From Promethearchaeota archaeon (lineage in GTDB: Archaea; Asgardarchaeota; Lokiarchaeia; Sigyniarchaeales; SOKP01), in NCBI GenBank assembly GCA_016926735.1, contig JAFGOA010000086.1:1-27409 (forward strand): a stretch of 27,409 bases of DNA. Direction: 5' to 3'. Below, piece by piece: positions 18,466 through 27,001 of the stretch; within the stretch, counting starts at the first letter, position 1; the number at the start of each line of letters is the position of its first letter. Under the pieces are notes generated by a model that was not told the DNA's origin, did not search any database, and saw nothing but the letters and a program-made list of their open reading frames with translations. A program made the position numbers and the translations under genes.

Positions 18466-19133
18466 ATTGTAATAATAATTATAAAGACCCTATGGAAGTT
18501 TTAGGAAGATCAAAGGGGCATTCTTATGAAGAATTAATTGAGAATTTACCAAGACATTATGAATTTAATCCTACTCTTTTACAACAAATTAAGAATATTC
18601 CAGAAGCCATTTTACGAAATCATGGTTCATCCATTGCAAAAAAGATCAATAGAATGGTAAAAGAAGTATTTAAAGAAGCCTATAGAGCAGAACAGTTTAC
18701 TCGTACTGAAATAAATAATAAAAGTGTCTTATATGGAGTTGTTTTACTTAAACATAAAGTAATTGATATTGTTCTTAAATATTTTCATAAAAGATGGCCC
18801 AATTGTGTGATCTGTTTATATAATGAATATAATCAAAAAACAGGAATTATAAATGAGGAAGGTATCATTCAAGAAGTAAAAGAACCGTTACAAAAAGTAA
18901 TAGATAGATTGAGTAAAAATCGTTCGATTTCTCCGTATTTTGAAGATATTGAATTTTCTAATGAAGAAATATTTGAAGCATTATATCAATCTCAAAACAT
19001 AACAGAAAGAGAAAATTTACGTTTTTTTAATAGTATGATTCCTAAAAATTGTTATAAATTACCAGGTATGAGAAAAGGGGTGGAAAAAAAATATAATAAT
19101 AAAAATAGAAAACTCGATGATTTTATCAAATAA
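18462..19133 (+). CDS. DUF4130 / TIGR03915-like partner of the radical SAM protein
   Basis: ATGA overlap with the radical SAM gene. Motifs VxKEAYRAEQFTR, H.V...YF.KR and YQSQNITERENLRFFNSMIPK fit the usual partner family. Confidence 0.8.
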   Translation: MNCNNNYKDPMEVLGRSKGHSYEELIENLPRHYEFNPTLLQQIKNIPEAILRNHGSSIAKKINRMVKEVFKEAYRAEQFTRTEINNKSVLYGVVLLKHKVIDIVLKYFHKRWPNCVICLYNEYNQKTGIINEEGIIQEVKEPLQKVIDRLSKNRSISPYFEDIEFSNEEIFEALYQSQNITERENLRFFNSMIPKNCYKLPGMRKGVEKKYNNKNRKLDDFIK

Positions 19134-19223
19134 ATCTACTACCTATTAATTCTCACTAAAAATTATTTTTAATTTTAAATCGAAATACATAACTTTTATC
19201 TTGTTTTATATCGTTGGAATAAA

Positions 19224-20102
19224 TCATTGATCTATTTTATCAGCAATAATATATACATGATATTCTGGTATGAGAGGTTCATCAATCCCAGCATAATTTG
19301 ACTCAATTATATCAAAACCACATTTTTTTAAGATAGTTTCCCATTCTTTCACTTTAAGAAAATTAAGAGGTATATTAATATCCTCACCTCCAATTACTCT
19401 ATTGTAAAACCAATCAAAAAAACTATTACTTACTTTTGCATCATCTTTATCAACATAAGCTTCCTTAATTATCAATCGTCGTTTTGTTAATCTAGAAGCT
19501 TCATTTAATAAAAACTCTGGATTATTAGAATGATGTAAAACAGTATGGAGGATTGTGGTATCTACTTCTTTATCTAATAAGGGGATTTTATTATTTGGAT
19601 TATATACAATTAATGGTAGATTTGTATTGTTATAATCTATTACATCAACAAGAATAACTTCTTTTCCTAATTGTTCTTTTATTTCTAGAGCTAATATACC
19701 ATTTCCTGCACCTAAATCTAGGATTTTCTCTCCTATGATATAATTTTTTAATTTTTCAAAATTTTTTTTTCCACATTCAAATTCAATAGGGTTGAGATCT
19801 TTTTCTTCATCTGCATGCCTATTAATGAATTTGCGTAATCTTTTTTCAATCTCTAAAAGTGTCTTTCTTTTTTTTATACCTTTAATTATAGTTCTATTTA
19901 CATAAATCCAAAAAATAGATCTTTTAAACAAATTTACTTTTCCATTTTTCAAAGATAATAATAATAACGATCGAATTTTTCTCCAATTATCTTTATCTTT
20001 CTTTGTTTTTTTTGAAAATATTTGAAATACTATATCTTGTATAATATCGAGATTATTTTCATCAATTAATTCATTAAAACCTATTAGTTTACCTAAAACC
20101 AT
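19224..20102 (-). CDS. Class I SAM-dependent methyltransferase
   Basis: ILDLGAGNG motif I, LVDV, IPL...VD, VLHH, and LLNEASR..K.RLIIKE. Confidence 0.9.
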   Translation of the reverse strand: MVLGKLIGFNELIDENNLDIIQDIVFQIFSKKTKKDKDNWRKIRSLLLLSLKNGKVNLFKRSIFWIYVNRTIIKGIKKRKTLLEIEKRLRKFINRHADEEKDLNPIEFECGKKNFEKLKNYIIGEKILDLGAGNGILALEIKEQLGKEVILVDVIDYNNTNLPLIVYNPNNKIPLLDKEVDTTILHTVLHHSNNPEFLLNEASRLTKRRLIIKEAYVDKDDAKVSNSFFDWFYNRVIGGEDINIPLNFLKVKEWETILKKCGFDIIESNYAGIDEPLIPEYHVYIIADKIDQ

Positions 20103-20135
20103 TTGTTTTTACTCCAAAAATTTATTCTTAAGTAA

Positions 20136-20178
20136 ATGAGTTTTTGCTCATTTATAAACTTTATGAGTAATTACTCAT
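20136..20178. promoter_or_regulatory. Two ATGAG-N6-CTCAT inverted repeats (putative TetR operators) flanking a TTTATAAA TATA box
   Basis: ATGAGtttttgCTCAT at 20136-20151 (extends to TAAATGAG/CTCATTTA) and the perfect palindrome ATGAGTAATTACTCAT at 20163-20178. TTTATAAA at 20151-20158. Located between divergent TetR and methyltransferase genes. Confidence 0.75.
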
Positions 20179-20189
20179 TAATTATATTT

Positions 20190-20813
20190 ATGAAAAAAGA
20201 TAAAAAATTTTTACGAAATAAACAAGAAAAAATTAATTTAATATATGAAACCTTCTTTAATCTTATTTTAAAGAAAGGATATCATAAAACCAGTACAAAT
20301 CATATAGCAAATTCAGCAGATATTAGTATAGGTACAATTTATAAGTATTTTCCCAAAGGCAAAGAGGATATTATTAGAAGATATTTTGAAACATCAATGG
20401 AAACTATGTTAAATAGAGAGGATTTATTTAATATTGATAATGATAATATCAAGGATTTTTTAAATAAGTTTATTTTGGATCTCTTTAAAAATCATGAAGC
20501 AAAGAAGGGATACAATCAAGCTTTTAGGTCAGCTATACAATCAGATAAAGCATTACTTCAAGCTCATAAAGAGAAATTGTTTATTATTTTCAAAAACTTA
20601 GCTCAATTATTAAGAGATAAAAATGAGAACTTTGGACAATTTCCCGAGGAAAAATTAATTGAAATATTTATATTTATATATAACTTACTCAATGGTATTT
20701 TGTACCATCACATTTCTGTAATGAAATTATTTGATTCTGATGAAAAATTAGTTGACTATCTTTCAAATATTGTAGCTTTTTCAATGAAATATTTAATTGA
20801 AAGTCAATATTAA
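20190..20813 (+). CDS. TetR/AcrR family transcriptional regulator
   Basis: KGYHKTSTNHIANSADISIGTIYKYFP.GKEDI HTH. The ATG at 20190 is preferred over 20136 because the upstream ATGs lie inside the operators. Confidence 0.93.
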   Translation: MKKDKKFLRNKQEKINLIYETFFNLILKKGYHKTSTNHIANSADISIGTIYKYFPKGKEDIIRRYFETSMETMLNREDLFNIDNDNIKDFLNKFILDLFKNHEAKKGYNQAFRSAIQSDKALLQAHKEKLFIIFKNLAQLLRDKNENFGQFPEEKLIEIFIFIYNLLNGILYHHISVMKLFDSDEKLVDYLSNIVAFSMKYLIESQY

Positions 20814-21093
20814 AAATGCAGCTATTTAAGAACCATGAAATCATAAGAAGGTTATTTTATTAAATTGGATTTTTTAGAAATAAAAAAGACATTTTAAGCT
20901 TAGAATGCCCTACAATATCAATTATAATTACTTTAGCAATATTTCTATTTGAAAAGTACCTATATCTCCTTTCTTTCTTTAATTTTCAAATGTTTATTCT
21001 TTATAATACTTAGTTTTTTATAAGGCTAAATCTTATTTCTGTTTAACATATTTAAAACTAAATATTAAAGATTACAATAAAAAGACTATTAAG

Positions 21094-21315
21094 ATGTCAA
21101 ATATAAAAAAATGGGAAGACTTAGATCATTGGGTTGAGATAGATCTTGATAAATGTGTAGGTGCTGGAGAATGTGTTGAAGTATGTCCTGCTGATGTATA
21201 TGAATTGAATAATGGAAAAGTCACCGCAGAAAATATTGGAGAATGCACAGATTGCTTAGCTTGCCAAGATGTTTGTCCAACAAATGCTATTTTAAGACAT
21301 TCAGCGTGGGATTAA
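21094..21315 (+). CDS. Dicluster ferredoxin (probably 3Fe-4S/4Fe-4S)
   Basis: CVGAGECVEVCP (second Cys replaced by Ala) and CTDCLACQDVCP. Confidence 0.92.
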   Translation: MSNIKKWEDLDHWVEIDLDKCVGAGECVEVCPADVYELNNGKVTAENIGECTDCLACQDVCPTNAILRHSAWD

Positions 21316-21478
21316 AAGAAACAATAAAAGATTAATAAAAACCTCATTAATTTAAATTTTCTATCAAATTTATTCCATCAGTTTTTTTTATTAATAAAAA
21401 TTAAATATTGATTCTTACATTTGGTGAATATTCTATATAAATTAAAAAAGAAAATAAACCAGAGGATTAAAGGATTTT

Positions 21479-21739
21479 ATGTCAGATTTAGAAATTTCAA
21501 AAGATATAAAAAAGAGAATTGAACTTGAAGCATATTATCTTTCTAAAAAGAATTTAACCTATAATGAATTATGTTGGATGTTAGCAGAGAAAATAATTCA
21601 ATCTCAAAGAGAACAAGTAGGAAGAATTGCAAAAGCAAAAATTCAAGAAAAAGCAGAAGAGATCTTTAATCATTCCTATAAATATGAAGATTTATGTTGG
21701 CAGATCGCTGAACTTATAGTAAAGGATGAAACTAAATGA
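21479..21739 (+). CDS. Hypothetical protein with two tandem DUF2934-like repeats
   Basis: I..EAYYLSKKNLTYNELCWMLAE / I.EKAEEIFNHSYKYEDLCWQIAE internal repeat. GAGG upstream. Confidence 0.75.
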   Translation: MSDLEISKDIKKRIELEAYYLSKKNLTYNELCWMLAEKIIQSQREQVGRIAKAKIQEKAEEIFNHSYKYEDLCWQIAELIVKDETK

Positions 21740-21952
21740 ATTAAATTACTTATCCCTTTTTTTTAAATTGAATCTAATATCCTAAGTTTTTTTACATTTT
21801 CTTTTGCCATATTATCGATTTTCAAAAATATTAAATATGATTTCTCTTATTTTGAATGTATCTAAGAAAAAAACCAATAATATAGCAAAAAGTATCGTTT
21901 TTTTATAATAATACTACAAAAAGGTATTAATTGAGAGAGTGAAAGATAAATT

Positions 21953-22168
21953 ATGGAGGTTATTCCTTTTAAAAAAGATATTCTTTTTTATTTAAGTAAG
22001 TTTATTGATGTAGATAAAAGTCAAAAAATCATCTATAATAATTATTATATCAAGGATTACGATTATGTTGTTAAAATTCCGTTTCCTACGATTGAAAAAG
22101 CTGATAATGATATAAAATTTGAGAAATTTGACCTTGTGAAATACACTTATCTACTCGATTATGAATAA
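21953..22168 (+). CDS. Hypothetical protein
   Basis: 71-codon ORF ending 11 bp before the next gene. No motif recognised. Confidence 0.55.
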   Translation: MEVIPFKKDILFYLSKFIDVDKSQKIIYNNYYIKDYDYVVKIPFPTIEKADNDIKFEKFDLVKYTYLLDYE

Positions 22169-22179
22169 AAGAATATAAC

Positions 22180-22542
22180 TTGAAAACATACTTTGAATGT
22201 AAAATGACTCAGAATAAAGAAGAAATACAGAGAGAATTGGAATGTTATACTAAAATTGTAAATCTTTTTTCAAATATAGATAAAGACCCAAATATAATCG
22301 AGCTTCATAAGGATAAAACAATCATAAAAATTATGAATTCATTAAAAAAACCTGAAAATGAAGATTGGTTAAAAAATGCATTAATAATTTTATTATCTCT
22401 TTTTGATGATACTCCTGCTGATTTATATAATAATCTTGGAATAAATGGAAAAAAGGTATCTAAAAAAGAAAAGAAGATCATTTTTTCAAAGATAAAAGAA
22501 GAATTCCTTTCAAAAGAAAAAAATGGAATATCAAATAAATAA
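22180..22542 (+). CDS. Hypothetical helical protein
   Basis: 120-codon ORF (TTG start, or ATG at 22204) with typical codon composition. No motif recognised. Confidence 0.7.
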   Translation: MKTYFECKMTQNKEEIQRELECYTKIVNLFSNIDKDPNIIELHKDKTIIKIMNSLKKPENEDWLKNALIILLSLFDDTPADLYNNLGINGKKVSKKEKKIIFSKIKEEFLSKEKNGISNK

Positions 22543-22618
22543 TTAAAAAAAAGCTAAAAAATCTGAAGAAAATATATAAAGAAATTATTTTAAAAAATAA
22601 AAAAATTAAATTAAAAAA

Positions 22619-22729
22619 TTATTTAAAAAGTTCATTTTCGATTTCTTCTACTAATTTAATCAAAGAATCTAAATTTTTATCAAAATCATTTAATTCTTTT
22701 TCAAACTCCTTATTCATTTTATAATTCAT
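22619..22729 (-). CDS. Small acidic amphipathic-helix protein (36 aa)
   Basis: MNYKMNKEFEKELNDFDKNLDSLIKLVEEIENELFK*, with heptad periodicity and an AAAAACTTATAAA BRE/TATA-like site about 50 bp upstream. Confidence 0.45.
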   Translation of the reverse strand: MNYKMNKEFEKELNDFDKNLDSLIKLVEEIENELFK

Positions 22730-22930
22730 CTTTTTGTCTTTTTGGTTTAAAAGATGAAATAATAATCTTAGTACCAATTTATAAGTTTTTATATTATTTC
22801 TATATATTCTTCTTTAGATCCTATGTTAATGAAAATTGGGAAAAAAAGGTAAATTGAATATCTATTTTAAATGAAAATTTAGTGAAGAAATTTAAATATC
22901 TTTAATCAAGATTGAATATAATATATATAT

Positions 22931-23425
22931 ATGGTATCATTTCATGACGCTATAATTGAATATCGGAACCAATTAAAGAAAGGGATAATTCAGAAAGCTT
23001 ATCGAGGATTAATGGAATATTTTGGATCGTTGAGATCTTATTTTAAAAATAAATATCCCGATTATGTTGTGTCTGGGAGTTTTTATTTTGGATATATGGA
23101 TATGACTTATTTTGCTGTTAATCCTCCTATACTAAAAGATCGAAAATTGAAAATTGCAATTGTTTTTTTACACGAGGAATTCAGGTTTGAAGTGTGGTTG
23201 GGAGGATATAATAAAACTATTCAGAAAGAATACTGGGATTTAGTCAGGGAAAGAGATTGGGATAAATATCACATTCCATCGAGTATAAAAGGAATTGATT
23301 CTATTGTGGAATATATTTTAGTTGATAATCCTGATTTTCGGGATTTAGATGCATTAACTGGGCAAATCGAAAGAGAAACAATTAATTTCATAAATGATGT
23401 TGAGGATTTCTTATCTCAATATTAA
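22931..23425 (+). CDS. Conserved hypothetical protein (resembles DUF7000 family)
   Basis: EYRNQLKKG.IQKAYRGLMEY...YFGYMDMTYF...LKIAIVFLH..FRFEVWL is recognised from memory as a widespread uncharacterised family. The family label is not verified. Confidence 0.75.
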   Translation: MVSFHDAIIEYRNQLKKGIIQKAYRGLMEYFGSLRSYFKNKYPDYVVSGSFYFGYMDMTYFAVNPPILKDRKLKIAIVFLHEEFRFEVWLGGYNKTIQKEYWDLVRERDWDKYHIPSSIKGIDSIVEYILVDNPDFRDLDALTGQIERETINFINDVEDFLSQY

Positions 23426-23457
23426 TATATTTCTTTTTCTCAATTTTTTAAGAATAA

Positions 23458-23895
23458 TCAAGGGTTCATTTGAAAAAAAGCCCAAGAGAAGATATAGATC
23501 GTTAATGAGTAAATTAAAATACCTACAACATTAGCAATAATCCCAATTATACAAAGTATAATTCCTACTTTCTTTGGTGTATTTTCAGCTTTTAATATAC
23601 CTAATATTCCAAAAATTAATCCAATTATATGAGAAGACACACCAAAAAACATTATAAAAATACTGCTAAGGTCAGCTTCATAACCTACATTTTTTCTTAA
23701 AAGATATACTATAAAACCAATAATTATTCCTACCGGTACTAAACTAAGTGATACTATTGAAAATTTAAAACTTTTTTTAGAATAAGAACCTATACCCTTT
23801 TTCATTGGAACAGCTTTTTGAATATTACTTCCACATAAAGGACAATATTTTTGACTTGTATCTTCTATATCTTCTCCACAATGTTCGCAATACAT
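23458..23895 (-). CDS. Zinc-ribbon membrane protein
   Basis: MYCEHCG...KYCPLCG N-terminus followed by three TM helices. Confidence 0.85.
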   Translation of the reverse strand: MYCEHCGEDIEDTSQKYCPLCGSNIQKAVPMKKGIGSYSKKSFKFSIVSLSLVPVGIIIGFIVYLLRKNVGYEADLSSIFIMFFGVSSHIIGLIFGILGILKAENTPKKVGIILCIIGIIANVVGILIYSLTIYIFSWAFFQMNP

Positions 23896-24141
23896 AATTT
23901 TTATTCGATCTAAAAATAAAATGATAGGTTTATATATTTAAAATAGGTGATAATATATTAATTTTGTTTATATTCCAATTCTTGATTTTTTTTATGGATT
24001 ATTTATTTTTAGAACACTTACTGGTATTTTAATATCGTTATTTATGTTAATTCATAGTTAATTACTATATACTTAAATTTGGACTTTTTTTTAAAAACTT
24101 TTAAAATAAAGATCTAATAATAATTTTTAGCGATCTTTTAA

Positions 24142-24345
24142 GGATTAGAGCGTTTGTATTCTATTAGAATTGCAGCTACACTTACAGGTGTTTGCTGTAA
24201 GATCTTGAGAAGATAGGATAAGAAAAGGGGATTTAATTATCATTTACCCTTAGGAATTAGGATAAGTAACTAATGGAAAATCAGAGAAATGGGAAATATC
24301 TTGGAATTATTTATAGCATAGAATTTTATATTCAGAGCGCAATGG
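24142..24345 (+). pseudogene. tnpA: Decayed IS607-family serine resolvase (TnpA) N-terminal fragment
   Basis: GLERLYSIRIAATLTGVCCKILRR*DKK.G is a MerR-like HTH with the conserved W replaced by TAG (24214-24216). After a frameshift, IIYSIEFY (24306-24329) differs from IIYSRVSS by one base at each of the four altered codons, at the expected spacing. Confidence 0.72.
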
Positions 24346-24425
24346 AAGAATCTTTCAAACTCTGGATAGTAATAACATTCTTCTCTTCTAAACTTTTTTT
24401 TTTCAAGGAAAAAATAAGATTTTTA

Positions 24426-24740
24426 ATGGAAAATAGATGCAAAATAACTGTTTTTTTAAAAAGGACCTATAATTGATTTTATTTAAGATTAATATATCTA
24501 TATATAATCTTTAATAGATCGAAGTCTTATAATCGGGGTTTGAATTTGAGGAAAATGCAGGATTCCTGACCATATATTACGAAATCCTTGATATAATGAA
24601 TATAAAATCTGCATATATATTCTATCCTTACAGAGATTAATTTTGGAGTCGAGGGGAATCGAATGAAAAATATATACATGGTATATACAGAACGTTAATT
24701 TTTTACCCTCAAGGTAAAAAAAATACTTTCCTCGATCTCT
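24426..24740. repeat. ~315-bp non-coding structured repeat, copy 1
   Basis: Aligns by eye to 27091-27409 in the same orientation, roughly 80% identical, nearly gapless, with shared hairpins. Confidence 0.9.
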
Positions 24741-25045
24741 AAGTCCAATAGAGTATAAAACTACAGTCATATCTCAGCATTTGGAAGAGAATATTACATA
24801 TTTGAGATAAAAAATCACATATAAATTGTATTTTTAATTCTCTTAGATTATTATTCAGAAATATATACAATTATTGATAACTAATCATTTAATTTTTTAA
24901 TTTTATGATATTTACCCATTTTTTCAATGCTTACTTTTAATTTTTTCTTGGATATGCCTTTTGAATTGGTTATTCTTAAAATTAATAAAGATGAAAATTT
25001 ATATTATTAATAAGAATGAATTAGAAAAATAAAAATTCATGAAAT

Positions 25046-25456
25046 ATGGATGAATTAAGAAAAAAAAGATATCGAGATAAAATTAATTATGTAACGGATT
25101 GTCTGAAATTATTATCAGTAAAACCAAAGAATGAATTAGAGAAATTTGGGATTTTTTATTTACTTCAAACCTCTATAGAGTCTATTATTGATTTAATTGC
25201 AATGTCTATTAAGGATTTAGGAATACCGATAAAAGATGATGAGAATAACATATTTGAATTTGTTAAAAAAAGAGAAATAAATCAAAAATTGGGAGAAGAC
25301 TTGAAAAAATTGAATGGTATGCGAAATATTATAGTCCATAGATACAATAGTATAGAAGAGGATATTATTTTAAACTCAGTTGTAGAGGCTAAAAATTTAT
25401 TAAAGAATTGGTTAAATATAATTGAAGAGTTGTTATTAGATTTTGATAAGGATTGA
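25046..25456 (+). CDS. hepT: HEPN (DUF86/HepT-like) ribonuclease toxin
   Basis: LQTSIESIIDL helix and the RNIIVHRY (R-x4-H-x-Y) active site. Overlaps the MNT gene. Confidence 0.9.
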   Translation: MDELRKKRYRDKINYVTDCLKLLSVKPKNELEKFGIFYLLQTSIESIIDLIAMSIKDLGIPIKDDENNIFEFVKKREINQKLGEDLKKLNGMRNIIVHRYNSIEEDIILNSVVEAKNLLKNWLNIIEELLLDFDKD

Positions 25457-25835
25457 AGAAATAAAGGAACGATTTAAATCAATAGCAAATAACCATGATA
25501 TTATTTTATATGGATCTGTAGTTAATAACAACAAACGACCGAATTCTGATATTGATATTGCTGTTATTTCATATCTAAAAAATAAAGAAGAATTAAAGAA
25601 ATTGCAATTTAATCTTTTTAGCTTAGCTTCTAGAAAATATGATATACGTGTATTTGAACTTTTACCAATATACATTCAGATCTCGATTATACAGAATTAT
25701 AAGGTGATTTTTGGCAATTTATTAGAAATTTCAGAATATTTTTATATTTATAGAAAGAAATGGGATGATTGTAAATATCGAATTCTTTCAAATCAATTTA
25801 AAAATTATCAAGAACGCCTCACACTAATGAAATAA
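25443..25835 (+). CDS. mntA: Minimal nucleotidyltransferase (MntA-like) antitoxin
   Basis: LYGS-x10-DID motif, third Asp in YDIRVF, and LP motif. TTG start overlapping the HEPN gene. Confidence 0.88.
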   Translation: MIRIEEIKERFKSIANNHDIILYGSVVNNNKRPNSDIDIAVISYLKNKEELKKLQFNLFSLASRKYDIRVFELLPIYIQISIIQNYKVIFGNLLEISEYFYIYRKKWDDCKYRILSNQFKNYQERLTLMK

Positions 25836-26053
25836 TTAGAAAATGTTCCAACAAAAAAAAATTACTCTCTTTTTTAATTCCCTTTGACAAAAAAAAATTT
25901 TAGATATCCTTTGGTCCATGATTTTAATTTATTAAAAAATAAATATAAAAAAATAAAAGTAACTCTGCATTACTAAAAAAAAAAAATAGTGAAAAATTGA
26001 AAGTAAAATTAGCAAAAATAAAAAAAAATAGAAACTTAAAGAAAAAAAAAAAA

Positions 26054-27001
26054 TTAGATATAATTACATCCAATATTGATTTGTGGATTTTGATCAAGTT
26101 CATGAATAATGGTTTTAATTAATATCCCAAACAAGTAAATACGTTCGGTTTTATTTTCATCACAATATTTCCGTGCAATTTTATATACATCATATGAGTC
26201 TTTAAGGGCGTTTCCAATTAGAGTTGGAGTTTTCATCATCAAAAGATAAAAGAAAAAGTGATGACTAAAAATACCTTCTTCTATTCCATTATAGTCTGTC
26301 ATCCAAGAAGAAAGAGATTTAGATGAAGTACTTATTACCATTACATTAGATCCTTTAAAATCATCAACAAAACCACCAGATTCACAAGATTCAACTAAAA
26401 TACTTATTGTTGCAGCTTCAAGTAGATCAATATATCGTACTAAATCACTTGAATATAAATTGTCTGAATCCTGATAATAGGTTGTATTTCCATTTAAACA
26501 TACACAAGAATCATCTATATCTTCGAGATACGCTCCATGTCCCCATAAAAAGAAAAATATATGGTCATTAGCATTTTCTATAGCATCTATTTCATCAAAT
26601 GTAATCCGTCCTTGAAAATTATCTTTATATTCGAGTATTAAATCATAATTACTTTCAGAAAAAGGATTATTTATATAGACTTTATACTTATCAATTGCTT
26701 TTTGATTTCCTGCATCAGATGCCCACATAAATACTGCAATTTTTCTTGTGGAATCATTTGGTGATTCTAAAGGTAAGATCGGCTCAGTGGGATTGGTATA
26801 TTCAGGATGATCAATAGGTAACTCTGAAGATATAGACAGCTCAGGGAGATTAGAATAGTCATTTTGTGGATCTTCAATAGATTCTGCTGAAAAATCTAAA
26901 GTACTATGGATGTTAGATGAAATTAAAAAAATTGCCATAAATATTGATAAAATCAAATAAGGATTTTTGGCTGATAATTTATTAGTTTTGATTTTTTGCA
27001 T
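26054..27001 (-). CDS. Secreted or membrane-anchored caspase-like cysteine peptidase (clan CD, C13/C14-like)
   Basis: N-terminal signal/TM, DHIFFFLWGHG (catalytic His-Gly), ILVESCESGGF (catalytic Cys) and G.FS..F helix. Confidence 0.85.
   Translation of the reverse strand: MQKIKTNKLSAKNPYLILSIFMAIFLISSNIHSTLDFSAESIEDPQNDYSNLPELSISSELPIDHPEYTNPTEPILPLESPNDSTRKIAVFMWASDAGNQKAIDKYKVYINNPFSESNYDLILEYKDNFQGRITFDEIDAIENANDHIFFFLWGHGAYLEDIDDSCVCLNGNTTYYQDSDNLYSSDLVRYIDLLEAATISILVESCESGGFVDDFKGSNVMVISTSSKSLSSWMTDYNGIEEGIFSHHFFFYLLMMKTPTLIGNALKDSYDVYKIARKYCDENKTERIYLFGILIKTIIHELDQNPQINIGCNYI

Noticed and set aside
85-24345. Alternative genetic code or systematic stop readthrough, suggested by five in-frame stops (316, 7222, 13976, 15777, 24214)
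   Set aside because: All three stop codons are involved, two cases also have frameshifts or deletions, and intact genes here end normally in TAA, TAG and TGA. Pseudogene decay explains it better.
24644-24740. Complete tRNA or tmRNA gene on the minus strand
   Set aside because: Only the T-loop-to-discriminator part is present. There is no pairing T-stem 5' strand, D-arm, anticodon arm or GG(A/G)GTCG 5' end.
24273-24770. Track ORFs 24273-24476 (+) and 24498-24770 (-) as real genes
   Set aside because: The first is a chimera of decayed tnpA and repeat sequence. The second is broken by stops and a frameshift in the second repeat copy.
25436-25675. 79-aa minus-strand ORF
   Set aside because: Antisense shadow of the MNT gene.
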